Virus record (IMG/VR): IMGVR_UViG_3300010397_000048
Span: 730-64,729 of that record
Length of the DNA stretch: 64,000 nucleotides
Direction: 5' to 3' (one strand)
Source: a virus
Taxonomy: Duplodnaviria > Caudoviricetes
The notes beneath the pieces were generated by a model. It made no database searches, was not told the DNA's origin, and worked only from the letters and a program-made list of their open reading frames with translations. The position numbers were made by a program, and so were the translations under genes. This document shows, in pieces, positions 17,621 through 25,599 of the stretch. How positions within the stretch are numbered: the first letter of the stretch is position 1; each line of letters begins with the position of its first letter.

Positions 17621-18853
17621 TTGATTAAAAAGATCGGACTACTATTAGGCTCTCTAGTTGCAGTAGTACTGTTAGCGTTTAATGGAATTGGAGTAGCAAG
17701 TGCAACTCCTATTGCTACTAGTGTTGCTGGAACAGCAACCTGTACTACTAATTCAACTGGATACTGTACGGTCAATCATGACTTAGGAACTACTCCTAAT
17801 TCAGTAGTAGTAACCATTCAAGCTGGCGGCGGATTCGCTAATGCTTATGCGTTTACTGCAACTACCTTTAAGGTTCACGCATACACTGCTGGCGGAGGAA
17901 ATGTAGTTTCTAAGCCTGTTACATTCTCATGGGTTGCTTTTGCTGGTGCAAATTCAACAACTCCACCAACTACTCTTCCGACCACAGTTCCAACAACTCA
18001 GCCAACTACTACGCCACCAACAACAGAACCAACTACTTCACCACCAACTTCAAATCCCCCGGCCGATTGGCCTAGTGCGGATAATACTGGTCCGGTAACT
18101 GGTACTGTGTTGACTGATTACACAGGATCTCTTTCGATTACTGCTCCGAATACAGTGATTGATTCTAAGACTGTGAATGGTGATCTCGATATTCGTACAA
18201 CTGGGGTCGTGATCAAGAATTCAGTTATCAATGGCGAGGTAAGCAATTATGATAACGGAGTGACTAGTTCGTTTACTATTCAGGACTCAATCGTAAAGAA
18301 TGGAAAGCGTGATGCGTGTATGTGCGTCGGCTCTCATGATTTTACTGCCCTGAGACTTGAAGTAATTGGTGGTAACCGTGGAATGTATTGTGAAAAGAAT
18401 TGTACGATTCACGATACTTATGTGCATGGCACTGATCTAAAAGCCGCACAACACGCGTCGGCCATTCGTGTAGAGCAGAATGCAACACTTGTTCATAACA
18501 AACTTCAATGTGACTGGACTGATCTTACCGATAGTGAGATTGGATGTTCGGCAGACATGACTGGTTATCCAGACTTTGCACCGATTAAGAATAACACTAT
18601 CGATAACAATTACTTTGTTGCAAATCCTGCTGGACTTGGATTCTGTGCTTACGGTGGAGACACGCAAGGTAAGCCATTTTCAAGTGATCCAAGCAATGCA
18701 ACTAACATCGTGTTCAAGAACAACGTATTCGAGCGTGGATCCAATAACAAGTGTGGAACTTGGGGTGCAATTACTGACTTCAATCCATCACGCGCCGGAA
18801 ACGTATGGACAAATAACAAATGGGATGACGGTAGTACAGTTAACCCGGAATAA
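17621..18853 (+). CDS. secreted protein with Thr/Pro linker and right-handed beta-helix (pectin-lyase-like) domain
   Basis: Signal peptide MIKKIGLLL...ASA, TTPPTT linker, WPSADNTG motif, N/D-rich beta-helix repeats. Confidence 0.75.
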   Translation: MIKKIGLLLGSLVAVVLLAFNGIGVASATPIATSVAGTATCTTNSTGYCTVNHDLGTTPNSVVVTIQAGGGFANAYAFTATTFKVHAYTAGGGNVVSKPVTFSWVAFAGANSTTPPTTLPTTVPTTQPTTTPPTTEPTTSPPTSNPPADWPSADNTGPVTGTVLTDYTGSLSITAPNTVIDSKTVNGDLDIRTTGVVIKNSVINGEVSNYDNGVTSSFTIQDSIVKNGKRDACMCVGSHDFTALRLEVIGGNRGMYCEKNCTIHDTYVHGTDLKAAQHASAIRVEQNATLVHNKLQCDWTDLTDSEIGCSADMTGYPDFAPIKNNTIDNNYFVANPAGLGFCAYGGDTQGKPFSSDPSNATNIVFKNNVFERGSNNKCGTWGAITDFNPSRAGNVWTNNKWDDGSTVNPE

Positions 18854-18862
18854 GTAATCTTA

Positions 18863-18982
18863 TTAGGCACTCACAGCAACTTTTCTTTATGAAAATTAGC
18901 TCACTTGGTAGAGCAATTGTTTATGGTACAATAGGTAACTGGTTCAACTCCAGTATTTTCAAACACAAAGTAATGTGCCTAG
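18863..18982 (+). ncRNA. ACAGCAA-stem ncRNA, copy 4, enclosing an intact tRNA-like cloverleaf (18890-18962, anticodon ATG)
   Basis: TTAGGCAC-TC-ACAGCAAC...GTGCCTAG; inner TGAAAAT/ATTTTCA acceptor plus D, anticodon and T arms. Confidence 0.78.
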
Positions 18983-19039
18983 TTAAAAGCCACCCCGGTC
19001 CCGAGGGTAAACGTAGTGGATTAAATATATCGGGCACAT

Positions 19040-19114
19040 ACGGCTATAGCTCAGTCTGGACAGAGCACTTGGCTACGAACCAAGGTGTCGGGGGTTCAAA
19101 TCCCTCTAGTCGTA
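19040..19114 (+). tRNA. tRNA-Arg(ACG)
   Basis: CTTGG-CTACGAA-CCAAG. Confidence 0.93.
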
Positions 19115-19137
19115 CTGGGAATTACATAATTCCTCAT

Positions 19138-19210
19138 GGTGGATGAAGCGGCGGCATTAGCAATTAGATTGTGGCTCTAATTCTCGCGGGTTCGAATCCC
19201 GTCTTCCACC
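19138..19210 (+). tRNA. tRNA-His(GTG)
   Basis: TTAGA-TTGTGGC-TCTAA; G-1/C73. Confidence 0.88.
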
Positions 19211-19211
19211 C

Positions 19212-19290
19212 TTAGACCCTAACAGCAATCTTAATTACAGAAAACAGAGCAGCACTGCTGACAGTTTAACAGTTAATTAATCGGGTCTAG
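19212..19290 (+). ncRNA. ACAGCAA-stem ncRNA, copy 5
   Basis: TTAGACCC-TA-ACAGCAAT...GGGTCTAG (compensatory change). Confidence 0.7.
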
Positions 19291-19299
19291 ATAAAACAA

Positions 19300-19376
19300 G
19301 GCATGGCTGCTGGGACAGAGACGGGACTGTAAATCCTGTGCGGCACGCTACCAAGGTTCGATTCCTTGACATGCCA
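19300..19376 (+). tRNA. tRNA-Tyr(GTA)
   Basis: CGGGA-CTGTAAA-TCCTG; short atypical D arm. Confidence 0.85.
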
Positions 19377-19377
19377 C

Positions 19378-19501
19378 TTAGACACGAACAGCAATTTATA
19401 ACAATTCTCATGATAAGAGAGAGGTAGTGGGTTCGATTCCCACATCCCCCATTTCTTGGGGGGTTAGCTCAATGGTAGAGCGCTAAAAGTTATGTGTCTA
19501 G
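19378..19501 (+). ncRNA. ACAGCAA-stem ncRNA, copy 6, enclosing a circularly permuted tRNA module (YrlA-like)
   Basis: TTAGACAC-GA-ACAGCAAT...GTGTCTAG; inner order anticodon arm, T arm, loop-closed acceptor, D arm. Confidence 0.82.
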
Positions 19502-19592
19502 TTTTAATAGAAGTAGTGCTCCGGAGTATTAGAATTGTAACCTGTCTCCGATTTACGAATACGGCACAGGAGCAATAATCACTACTTCTCAT

Positions 19593-19666
<74 letters not shown>

Positions 19667-19703
19667 CTGGTGACTTATCTTGTAAGATAACGACACCTTT
19701 AAT

Positions 19704-19807
19704 AGAGACGCTTACAGCAATGCCTTAGGCAGATATTTGTTCTCAGAAAACAAATTGATTTGGTTCGATTCCAAACATGGTAAACACCATGAAACTAATG
19801 CGTCTCG
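19704..19807 (+). ncRNA. ACAGCAA-stem ncRNA, copy 7, enclosing anticodon-like and T-arm hairpins
   Basis: AGAGACGC-TT-ACAGCAAT...GCGTCTCG; ATTTGTT-CTCAGAA-AACAAAT; TTTGG-TTCGATT-CCAAA. Confidence 0.75.
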
Positions 19808-19811
19808 TCAA

Positions 19812-19884
19812 CGGCAGATAGCTCAGACGGTAGAGCACTGGATTGAAGCTCCGGGTGTCACAGGTTCGATTCCTGTTCTGTCGA
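19812..19884 (+). tRNA. tRNA-Phe(GAA)
   Basis: CTGGA-TTGAAGC-TCCGG. Confidence 0.92.
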
Positions 19885-19906
19885 CTCATTAAAGAAAGGA
19901 GTACAT

Positions 19907-20737
19907 TTGCCTTTAATTGGAAACGTCTATAAAGGAACTGGTAAAGACCAGCAGCGATGGTATAGAAATAACAATACTAAGACTGAAGTTCCAGGCGTAT
20001 CAGCAATAGTCGACATGATGCCCAAGGGTGCCTTAACTCCTTGGGCCGCAAGACTTGCAGCAGAATGGGCAGTAGATAATATCAATGAGGTTCAAGAGTT
20101 ACTGTCCGAAAAGGATGGTCGTTTTCGAGCCATTGATAAGATTAAGAATGCCAGTTCTCGCTATGCAGATAAAGCAGCTAAAGAAGGAACCAGTGTTCAT
20201 CATTATGCAGAAACAGTTGCTAGAGCAGTACAAGCAAACACAAAACCTAAGGCTGACGATATGCCTCAAGGGACGATGCCTTATCTGAGGAACTACGTAC
20301 GGTTTCTAAAAGAATTCGACGTAGAACCAGTAATGCTCGAAACTGTGGTGTGGAATGAGGAAGTTGGATACGCTGGTCGAATTGATATGGCCGCTATTCT
20401 TCATAAGATTAGTGAAGATCTCGTAATCGTAGATACTAAGTCCGGTGCTTCTGGAGTTTGGGAATCTGTTTCATTGCAACAGACTGCTTATGTAAAAGCA
20501 GAATCATGGTGGGATGAAGAGGAAGATATCCTAAAACCAATGCCAGAAATCCTTGGTGCGTATGCTTTGTGGCTACGCCCAGAAGGATTCGCATTGATTC
20601 CAGTTGATACAACAGACATGGAGTATGAACAACTCAAGAGACTTCGGGGATCACTTGAGTGGAAACGAACTAGAGCAAAGAAAGTAGTTCGTCCAGCTAT
20701 TAATCAGTATCCAATTAAGAGGCAGAGGAGATGGTAG
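19907..20737 (+). CDS. PD-(D/E)XK (Cas4/RecB-like) exonuclease
   Basis: GTSVH, YAGRID, IVDTKSG, LQQTAY. Confidence 0.85.
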   Translation: MPLIGNVYKGTGKDQQRWYRNNNTKTEVPGVSAIVDMMPKGALTPWAARLAAEWAVDNINEVQELLSEKDGRFRAIDKIKNASSRYADKAAKEGTSVHHYAETVARAVQANTKPKADDMPQGTMPYLRNYVRFLKEFDVEPVMLETVVWNEEVGYAGRIDMAAILHKISEDLVIVDTKSGASGVWESVSLQQTAYVKAESWWDEEEDILKPMPEILGAYALWLRPEGFALIPVDTTDMEYEQLKRLRGSLEWKRTRAKKVVRPAINQYPIKRQRRW

Positions 20738-21117
20738 TGCTTCTCTTAGGTGGTCCTGCGCATGGGCAGGAAAGGGAATTAGAAAATGGTCAAACTGAGC
20801 TTACAATTATGGCTCCGTCACCAGGAAATCCCCTTCCGACACCGTGGAAATATGAAGTAAAAACAATTCAGGCAGAAACTAAACCTGGTTGGGTTTTTGA
20901 AAAAACTGTTCTAGTTGAAAAGAGCATGCCTGTAGATGTAGCAACTGAGGCATTGACTCAAGTTCTCCTGATTAAGTTCGGATCAGAATTAGTTAGACAA
21001 TTCATGGAAACTGGAACTATTGTAGAAAGCCCATGGCAGATGCTTGGAGGTGAAGAAAATGACACAGACTCCACAAATAGTGAAAGTCAGTCCCCCTTAC
21101 TCATTGCCAAGCGATGA
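20731..21117 (+). CDS. hypothetical protein
   Basis: LLGGPAHG N-terminal motif, also present in ORF 33843. Confidence 0.6.
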   Translation: MVVLLLGGPAHGQERELENGQTELTIMAPSPGNPLPTPWKYEVKTIQAETKPGWVFEKTVLVEKSMPVDVATEALTQVLLIKFGSELVRQFMETGTIVESPWQMLGGEENDTDSTNSESQSPLLIAKR

Positions 21118-21268
21118 TGAACTGTATTCAGAAACTCAAATGCTACGACAGGAATTAGGGTCATTGATTACTGATCTTCGAATCATGATTGGTAACATCC
21201 GAAAAACTCCTGAAGATTGGTATCCAGCAGCAATTGCCGATGCTTTAGAGGAGATTATCAATGGCTGA
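21059..21268 (+). CDS. hypothetical protein
   Basis: GGAGG RBS. Confidence 0.55.
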   Translation: MTQTPQIVKVSPPYSLPSDDELYSETQMLRQELGSLITDLRIMIGNIRKTPEDWYPAAIADALEEIING

Positions 21269-21854
21269 TAAACCGAAGACATATGCTCAGCAAGTTCAGG
21301 AACTGAAAGATCAAAAAGATGAACTGTTAACAGATATCGAAGATCTGAAAAGACAGATTTCATTCATTCCTGAACTTCAAGACGAAATCTCAGATCTTAA
21401 TGCTAGATTAGCAGCACAAGCTGATAAATCTCGAAGCTCCTTTGTAACTGACAAAGCAAAAACTACTGATTTAATTCAGCGTGCTGAGTCGGCGGAAAAG
21501 GGAATTCGGAATTTGCAAAAGCTTAATCAGGATTTGATTCGTGAAAAAGATAGCTTACAGCAGCAGCTAGACATTCTTGGAAAAGAGCGCGATAAATATC
21601 GTGGGCTTGAAGATAAGGTCAATCTTATTTCTAAAGAATTAAAGGCTGCTAATATACGAGTCGCTGCATTGAATCAACAATTACGCGATAGACAAGTAGA
21701 ATTCAATGAGGCTGCGGCCCGTACGGAAAAGGAAATTCTTTATCTGCGCGAACTAGCTAAGGCGCAAGCTGCAAGAATTCAAGATGTAACAGCAACAGTG
21801 CAAGCAATGCCAGATACTATTTCAAGTCTAAAGGACATGATTAGTAGATGGTAA
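21261..21854 (+). CDS. coiled-coil protein
   Basis: Continuous heptads. Confidence 0.7.
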   Translation: MADKPKTYAQQVQELKDQKDELLTDIEDLKRQISFIPELQDEISDLNARLAAQADKSRSSFVTDKAKTTDLIQRAESAEKGIRNLQKLNQDLIREKDSLQQQLDILGKERDKYRGLEDKVNLISKELKAANIRVAALNQQLRDRQVEFNEAAARTEKEILYLRELAKAQAARIQDVTATVQAMPDTISSLKDMISRW

Positions 21855-22201
21855 GGGCACAATCCCGAAAACATCGGGGCTATGCTACTCAGAGGCTAAT
21901 CGCTTTACGCTGGAAACAGAATGGTTTGGCTCCTTATGCTGTTCCTGTTGGTGCTGGAGAATCTGGCGAGGATATTTTGAATCCACCACCAGGATTAGTA
22001 ATTGAAATAAAGGCTCGTGATACTGTTAGCCTGCAATCAGCATTAAGGCAAGCAACGAAATCTAATCCAGAGGCAATTCCCTGGATCATTTGGCGACACA
22101 ACGGACAAGGTGAAGCCAGTTTGGATGACTGGACAGTCACCATGCGATTAAAAGACGCAGAAGAATTGTATCTGGCATGGAGGAATGTTAATAATGGATG
22201 A
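21848..22201 (+). CDS. Holliday junction resolvase-like nuclease
   Basis: SRKHRG...GEDI...IEIKAR pattern of actinophage resolvases. Confidence 0.75.
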   Translation: MVRAQSRKHRGYATQRLIALRWKQNGLAPYAVPVGAGESGEDILNPPPGLVIEIKARDTVSLQSALRQATKSNPEAIPWIIWRHNGQGEASLDDWTVTMRLKDAEELYLAWRNVNNG

Positions 22202-22772
22202 GCAGTTCGAAAAGCTTATCGCAGACGCGGTAGAGAGAAACCCAGACCTTGTAAAAAAGTTCGGGAATCCCCTAGATAAGAATGATCCTCGCAATTGGAC
22301 TCCTACTGAGAGAGCCGAAAAAGGATTATCACAAGAGGAACAGCTTAAACTTCTTGGATTAGATGTTGAATCACAGTCTATGGCTGTTGCAATGTTGGTT
22401 CAAAAGAATCTTGAACTAGAATTCCAGCTAGATAAACTTCAGCGATGGGCAGCCGATAAAATGGCTGAAGAATTCGTTACTCTTGTAAGAGAGAATCCTG
22501 AAAAGGCGTCTGAATATCTGAAGTCAATGATGGAAATGGGTGAGCCTCCATCTAAAAATGTTCCAGTTGCTGGACAAGAACCATTGCCGATGGTGCAAAC
22601 TGTAAATGGACCAATTCGCTTGGATCAGATTCCGGGATTTAAAGACGATCCTAATTGGCGTCCAAGTCCTGATTGGCTAGATGCGAATTGTACGTGTGAC
22701 GTTCATACCAAGAAACGAGCAGAGTCCGAGGGTAAGGGCCCGTTCGATTTCCCGACTGGAATGTATTTGTGA
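22194..22772 (+). CDS. hypothetical protein
   Basis: GGAGG RBS; followed by a terminator. Confidence 0.65.
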   Translation: MDEQFEKLIADAVERNPDLVKKFGNPLDKNDPRNWTPTERAEKGLSQEEQLKLLGLDVESQSMAVAMLVQKNLELEFQLDKLQRWAADKMAEEFVTLVRENPEKASEYLKSMMEMGEPPSKNVPVAGQEPLPMVQTVNGPIRLDQIPGFKDDPNWRPSPDWLDANCTCDVHTKKRAESEGKGPFDFPTGMYL

Positions 22773-22777
22773 TTAAA

Positions 22778-22810
22778 GGGTCAAGGCTGAAAAGCCTGGC
22801 CCTTTTTTCT
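22778..22810 (+). terminator. rho-independent terminator
   Basis: GGGTCAAGGC-TGAAAA-GCCTGGCCC followed by TTTTTT. Confidence 0.7.
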
Positions 22811-22833
22811 ATCCCCGGAGATGATCTTGAAAT

Positions 22834-23286
22834 ATGAGAAGTGACTGGTCTACTGTGGATGAAATTCATAGACCTCTATCTAAAGACCTTGCCGACAAGG
22901 CAGAGAAAAAGTTAGCTGAACTAGAAGCTCGAATCGAGGAAGAAGAGAATAAGTTTAAGCCTCAACCATTGAGGTCTAAACTAATCTGGGTTGGGGTAGA
23001 TTTGGACGGAACACTGGCAGAACCATTATGGACTCCTGATAATCCGACCACGGAAATTGGTGACCCTATTTGGTCCAATGTGGACAAACTAAAAGTCTTA
23101 GTAGCAATGGGGTATAAGATCTTTGTTCATACATCTAGACCATGGACTGATTACGCAATCATTGAGCAATGGTTACAACATTATGGCATTCCATACAAGG
23201 AAATTCAATGTGGAAAACCGTTATATGCTGCATATATTGATGATCGTGCGATCAATGCTGAGGAGAAATCATGGCTGCCACAATAG
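22834..23286 (+). CDS. HAD-superfamily phosphatase
   Basis: VDLDGT, HTSR, GKP, YIDD motifs. Confidence 0.85.
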   Translation: MRSDWSTVDEIHRPLSKDLADKAEKKLAELEARIEEEENKFKPQPLRSKLIWVGVDLDGTLAEPLWTPDNPTTEIGDPIWSNVDKLKVLVAMGYKIFVHTSRPWTDYAIIEQWLQHYGIPYKEIQCGKPLYAAYIDDRAINAEEKSWLPQ

Positions 23287-23915
23287 GCACGGATTCAGGA
23301 CCGTTAATTCCTTTTTCTAGTACTAGATGCATTTGCCTACACAACAGGGGGCAACACGCCCTAGGTATCAATAAGTGCGACAATTGCGATTGCTCTAAAT
23401 TCCAGTTACATAAAGTCTTGACTGCTGCGGAAGCGGATGAGTTAACAGGTGCGATGTGTGTCACACCTGAAGCGCCGGACCCCAGTCAAACTGAGAGTAT
23501 GCAAATTGTCGATAGCAATGATCGGGGGTCGGCAATTACTGTAAAACAAAAAGAGTGGGGTAAGTCCGGATTAAAAGACAGCGGTAACCGGCTGCATTTT
23601 GATTCAGGAATGGTACGTGATGTTGATGATACAAAACCGGCTTTTGATCTCGTAATTCCTGAGGGAATTCCTTATGACGAATTAATGCTTACTCGCTGGG
23701 CTGAGTTACTTCGCAAAGGTGCTATCAAATATTCTCGTCGTAATTGGGAAAAAGCTAACAGCATAGAAGAATTGGAACGTGCGAAGGCCAGTGCTTTCCG
23801 TCATTTCATTCAATGGTTCTCAGGGGAAACCGACGAAGATCACGCAGCGGCTGTATTCTTTAACATCAATGAAGTAGAAACCATCAAGTTCAAACGAACA
23901 AAGGAGACTGGATAA
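23271..23915 (+). CDS. dATP/dGTP diphosphohydrolase-like (DUF5664) protein
   Basis: KPAFDLV, GAIKYSRRNWEK, SAFRH, EDHAAAVFFN. Confidence 0.8.
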   Translation: MAATIGTDSGPLIPFSSTRCICLHNRGQHALGINKCDNCDCSKFQLHKVLTAAEADELTGAMCVTPEAPDPSQTESMQIVDSNDRGSAITVKQKEWGKSGLKDSGNRLHFDSGMVRDVDDTKPAFDLVIPEGIPYDELMLTRWAELLRKGAIKYSRRNWEKANSIEELERAKASAFRHFIQWFSGETDEDHAAAVFFNINEVETIKFKRTKETG

Positions 23916-24374
23916 ATGCCAGCAACAACAACTCGTGGTTCAAAGGTAGCAGAAAACGAAGTAGATCTACTGTCCGAAATGGACACTAACCCGACTGGTC
24001 CGAATCAGGATGAAGAGGACTTTGATTTGCTTTCTGATATGTCAGAAAGTGATGCTAAGGCATGGGTTCCGTGGAATGAAGATGACCAACCACGAGGAAT
24101 TCAGGGAACTGTTACTCACGTCGGCACCGTAACTCAGGATGCTAAGTATGGCGGAGATGAAGTTCCTTATGTGGAATTAACCGATAAAGATGGCACTGTA
24201 TGGGGAGTGCGTGGTTATTCCACTGTTCTAGAGAATCAAATGAACAAGGTCATTGACGGAGGTCTCCGTTCCGGTGACATTTTCGCGGTTGTCTACAAGG
24301 GAGAGACCACGAATCGTAAGGGTGACAACACCTACAAGAACTTCCAAGTCAAGACTAAGCACATTGGACACTGA
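23916..24374 (+). CDS. putative ssDNA-binding protein
   Basis: Acidic N-terminus and OB-fold-like pattern in a replication cluster (inference). Confidence 0.45.
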   Translation: MPATTTRGSKVAENEVDLLSEMDTNPTGPNQDEEDFDLLSDMSESDAKAWVPWNEDDQPRGIQGTVTHVGTVTQDAKYGGDEVPYVELTDKDGTVWGVRGYSTVLENQMNKVIDGGLRSGDIFAVVYKGETTNRKGDNTYKNFQVKTKHIGH

Positions 24375-24376
24375 GA

Positions 24377-24805
24377 ATGCCTTTGAAATTTAATCCTCCT
24401 AGAGAATCAGCACGATACGCATCGTTCACCTATGGAGAAATTTCTTCTGAAAGAGGAACTTTCAAGGTTTCCAATAATCTTGGGGCATTGAAGGCAGCAA
24501 CTGTTAGAAACGCTCGCTATTCTAATGTCAAACTCTTTGAGAATGTCGATGGTGATTGGTATCTGCTTTATTCGGTACCAAAAGGAAGCCTGTACGGTGA
24601 TCTTCCTTGGGTAAAGCAAGTAGGCTACAGTTGGCGCAGTACTCCGTATAAGAAGGCAGTTCCAATGACTCGTGACGAGTATGCCGAATGGCGAGTAAGA
24701 GTTGAACGTGAGAGAATTGCTGATGGATCAGCGTCTCTTGATTTGAATCCTGGTAGAGATTTCGTAAGCCCAGACGCTTATGATTCTGCCACAAATGTTA
24801 GATAA
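24377..24805 (+). CDS. hypothetical protein
   Basis: 142 aa ORF in operon. Confidence 0.6.
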   Translation: MPLKFNPPRESARYASFTYGEISSERGTFKVSNNLGALKAATVRNARYSNVKLFENVDGDWYLLYSVPKGSLYGDLPWVKQVGYSWRSTPYKKAVPMTRDEYAEWRVRVERERIADGSASLDLNPGRDFVSPDAYDSATNVR

Positions 24806-24837
24806 ATGGGTGCAGTAAAAACAAAGGAGTAATTAAC

Positions 24838-25014
24838 ATGAGTGCAGCTTCACCGCGCGAGGTTCGTGCGTACCTTCAAGAGAATTCGGAAAGACTTCCT
24901 GAGGGTGTTTCTGTTGGACAGCGTGGCCGTCTTTCTCAGCAGGCAAAGGATTTCTTTACTGCTGAAACTGGCCGTGAGGTAGTGAGCCCGGCTGTTTCTG
25001 CGGATGCTGAGTAA
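24838..25014 (+). CDS. Lsr2-like DNA-binding-domain protein
   Basis: EVRAYL...VSVGQRGRLS (RGR AT-hook); AAGGAG RBS; 58 aa. Confidence 0.7.
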   Translation: MSAASPREVRAYLQENSERLPEGVSVGQRGRLSQQAKDFFTAETGREVVSPAVSADAE

Positions 25015-25029
25015 TCAGTAGACATTAGA

Positions 25030-25064
25030 TAAGGGGTCGGTCCACATTGGATCGGCCCCTTTTC
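25030..25064 (+). terminator. rho-independent terminator
   Basis: AAGGGGTCGGTCC-ACATT-GGATCGGCCCC-TTTT. Confidence 0.75.
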
Positions 25065-25099
25065 TTGTATCTACTGCCCGACTTAAGAAAGGATTCTTC

Positions 25100-25579
25100 A
25101 TGGCAGATGATTGGAGAGTGAACGAAGCGTTAAAAATGCTCAGACAAATTGTCACTTGTCCATTATGCGGAGCATTAGTGTCAACTGCTGATGGATACAC
25201 TACTCATCAACAATGGCACGACGCTATGAATCAATACGTTGCAAGCGTTGACAATCGCTTGGCTCAATTCTCAGATTACATTATTAATCCTGAAACTGGC
25301 CTCCAAGTGCAAGTCCAGCGTAGACTGGATACTATTACAGATTACGTTGTGGCTCCGGAAACGGGTCTTGAACCAAGAGTTACCGCCGCGATCACTGCAA
25401 CTAATGGAGCTGTTACTCAGCTTAGAACAGACGCAACAAATGCCATTGCACAATTGCGATCCGACGCAACAACAGCAATTCAAGGAAACACTACTGCAAT
25501 TAATCAACTGAGAACGGATGCAACAAATGCGATTAATGCATTAGATGCAAGAGTTGATGTGTTAGAGGCTGCATCCTAA
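25100..25579 (+). CDS. Zn-finger plus repetitive coiled-coil protein
   Basis: CPLC...HQQWH; QLR[TS]DAT.AI repeats. Confidence 0.65.
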   Translation: MADDWRVNEALKMLRQIVTCPLCGALVSTADGYTTHQQWHDAMNQYVASVDNRLAQFSDYIINPETGLQVQVQRRLDTITDYVVAPETGLEPRVTAAITATNGAVTQLRTDATNAIAQLRSDATTAIQGNTTAINQLRTDATNAINALDARVDVLEAAS

Positions 25580-25599
25580 TAAAAGAATAGGAGTCGCGC

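Noticed and set aside
19907-20737. Cas4-like nuclease as evidence of a CRISPR system
   Set aside because: A stand-alone phage exonuclease in a replication cluster, with no array or other cas genes.
23271-23915. DUF5664 as a sign of a Z-base (2-aminoadenine) genome
   Set aside because: No PurZ-like gene is visible in the window, and DUF5664 alone is insufficient.
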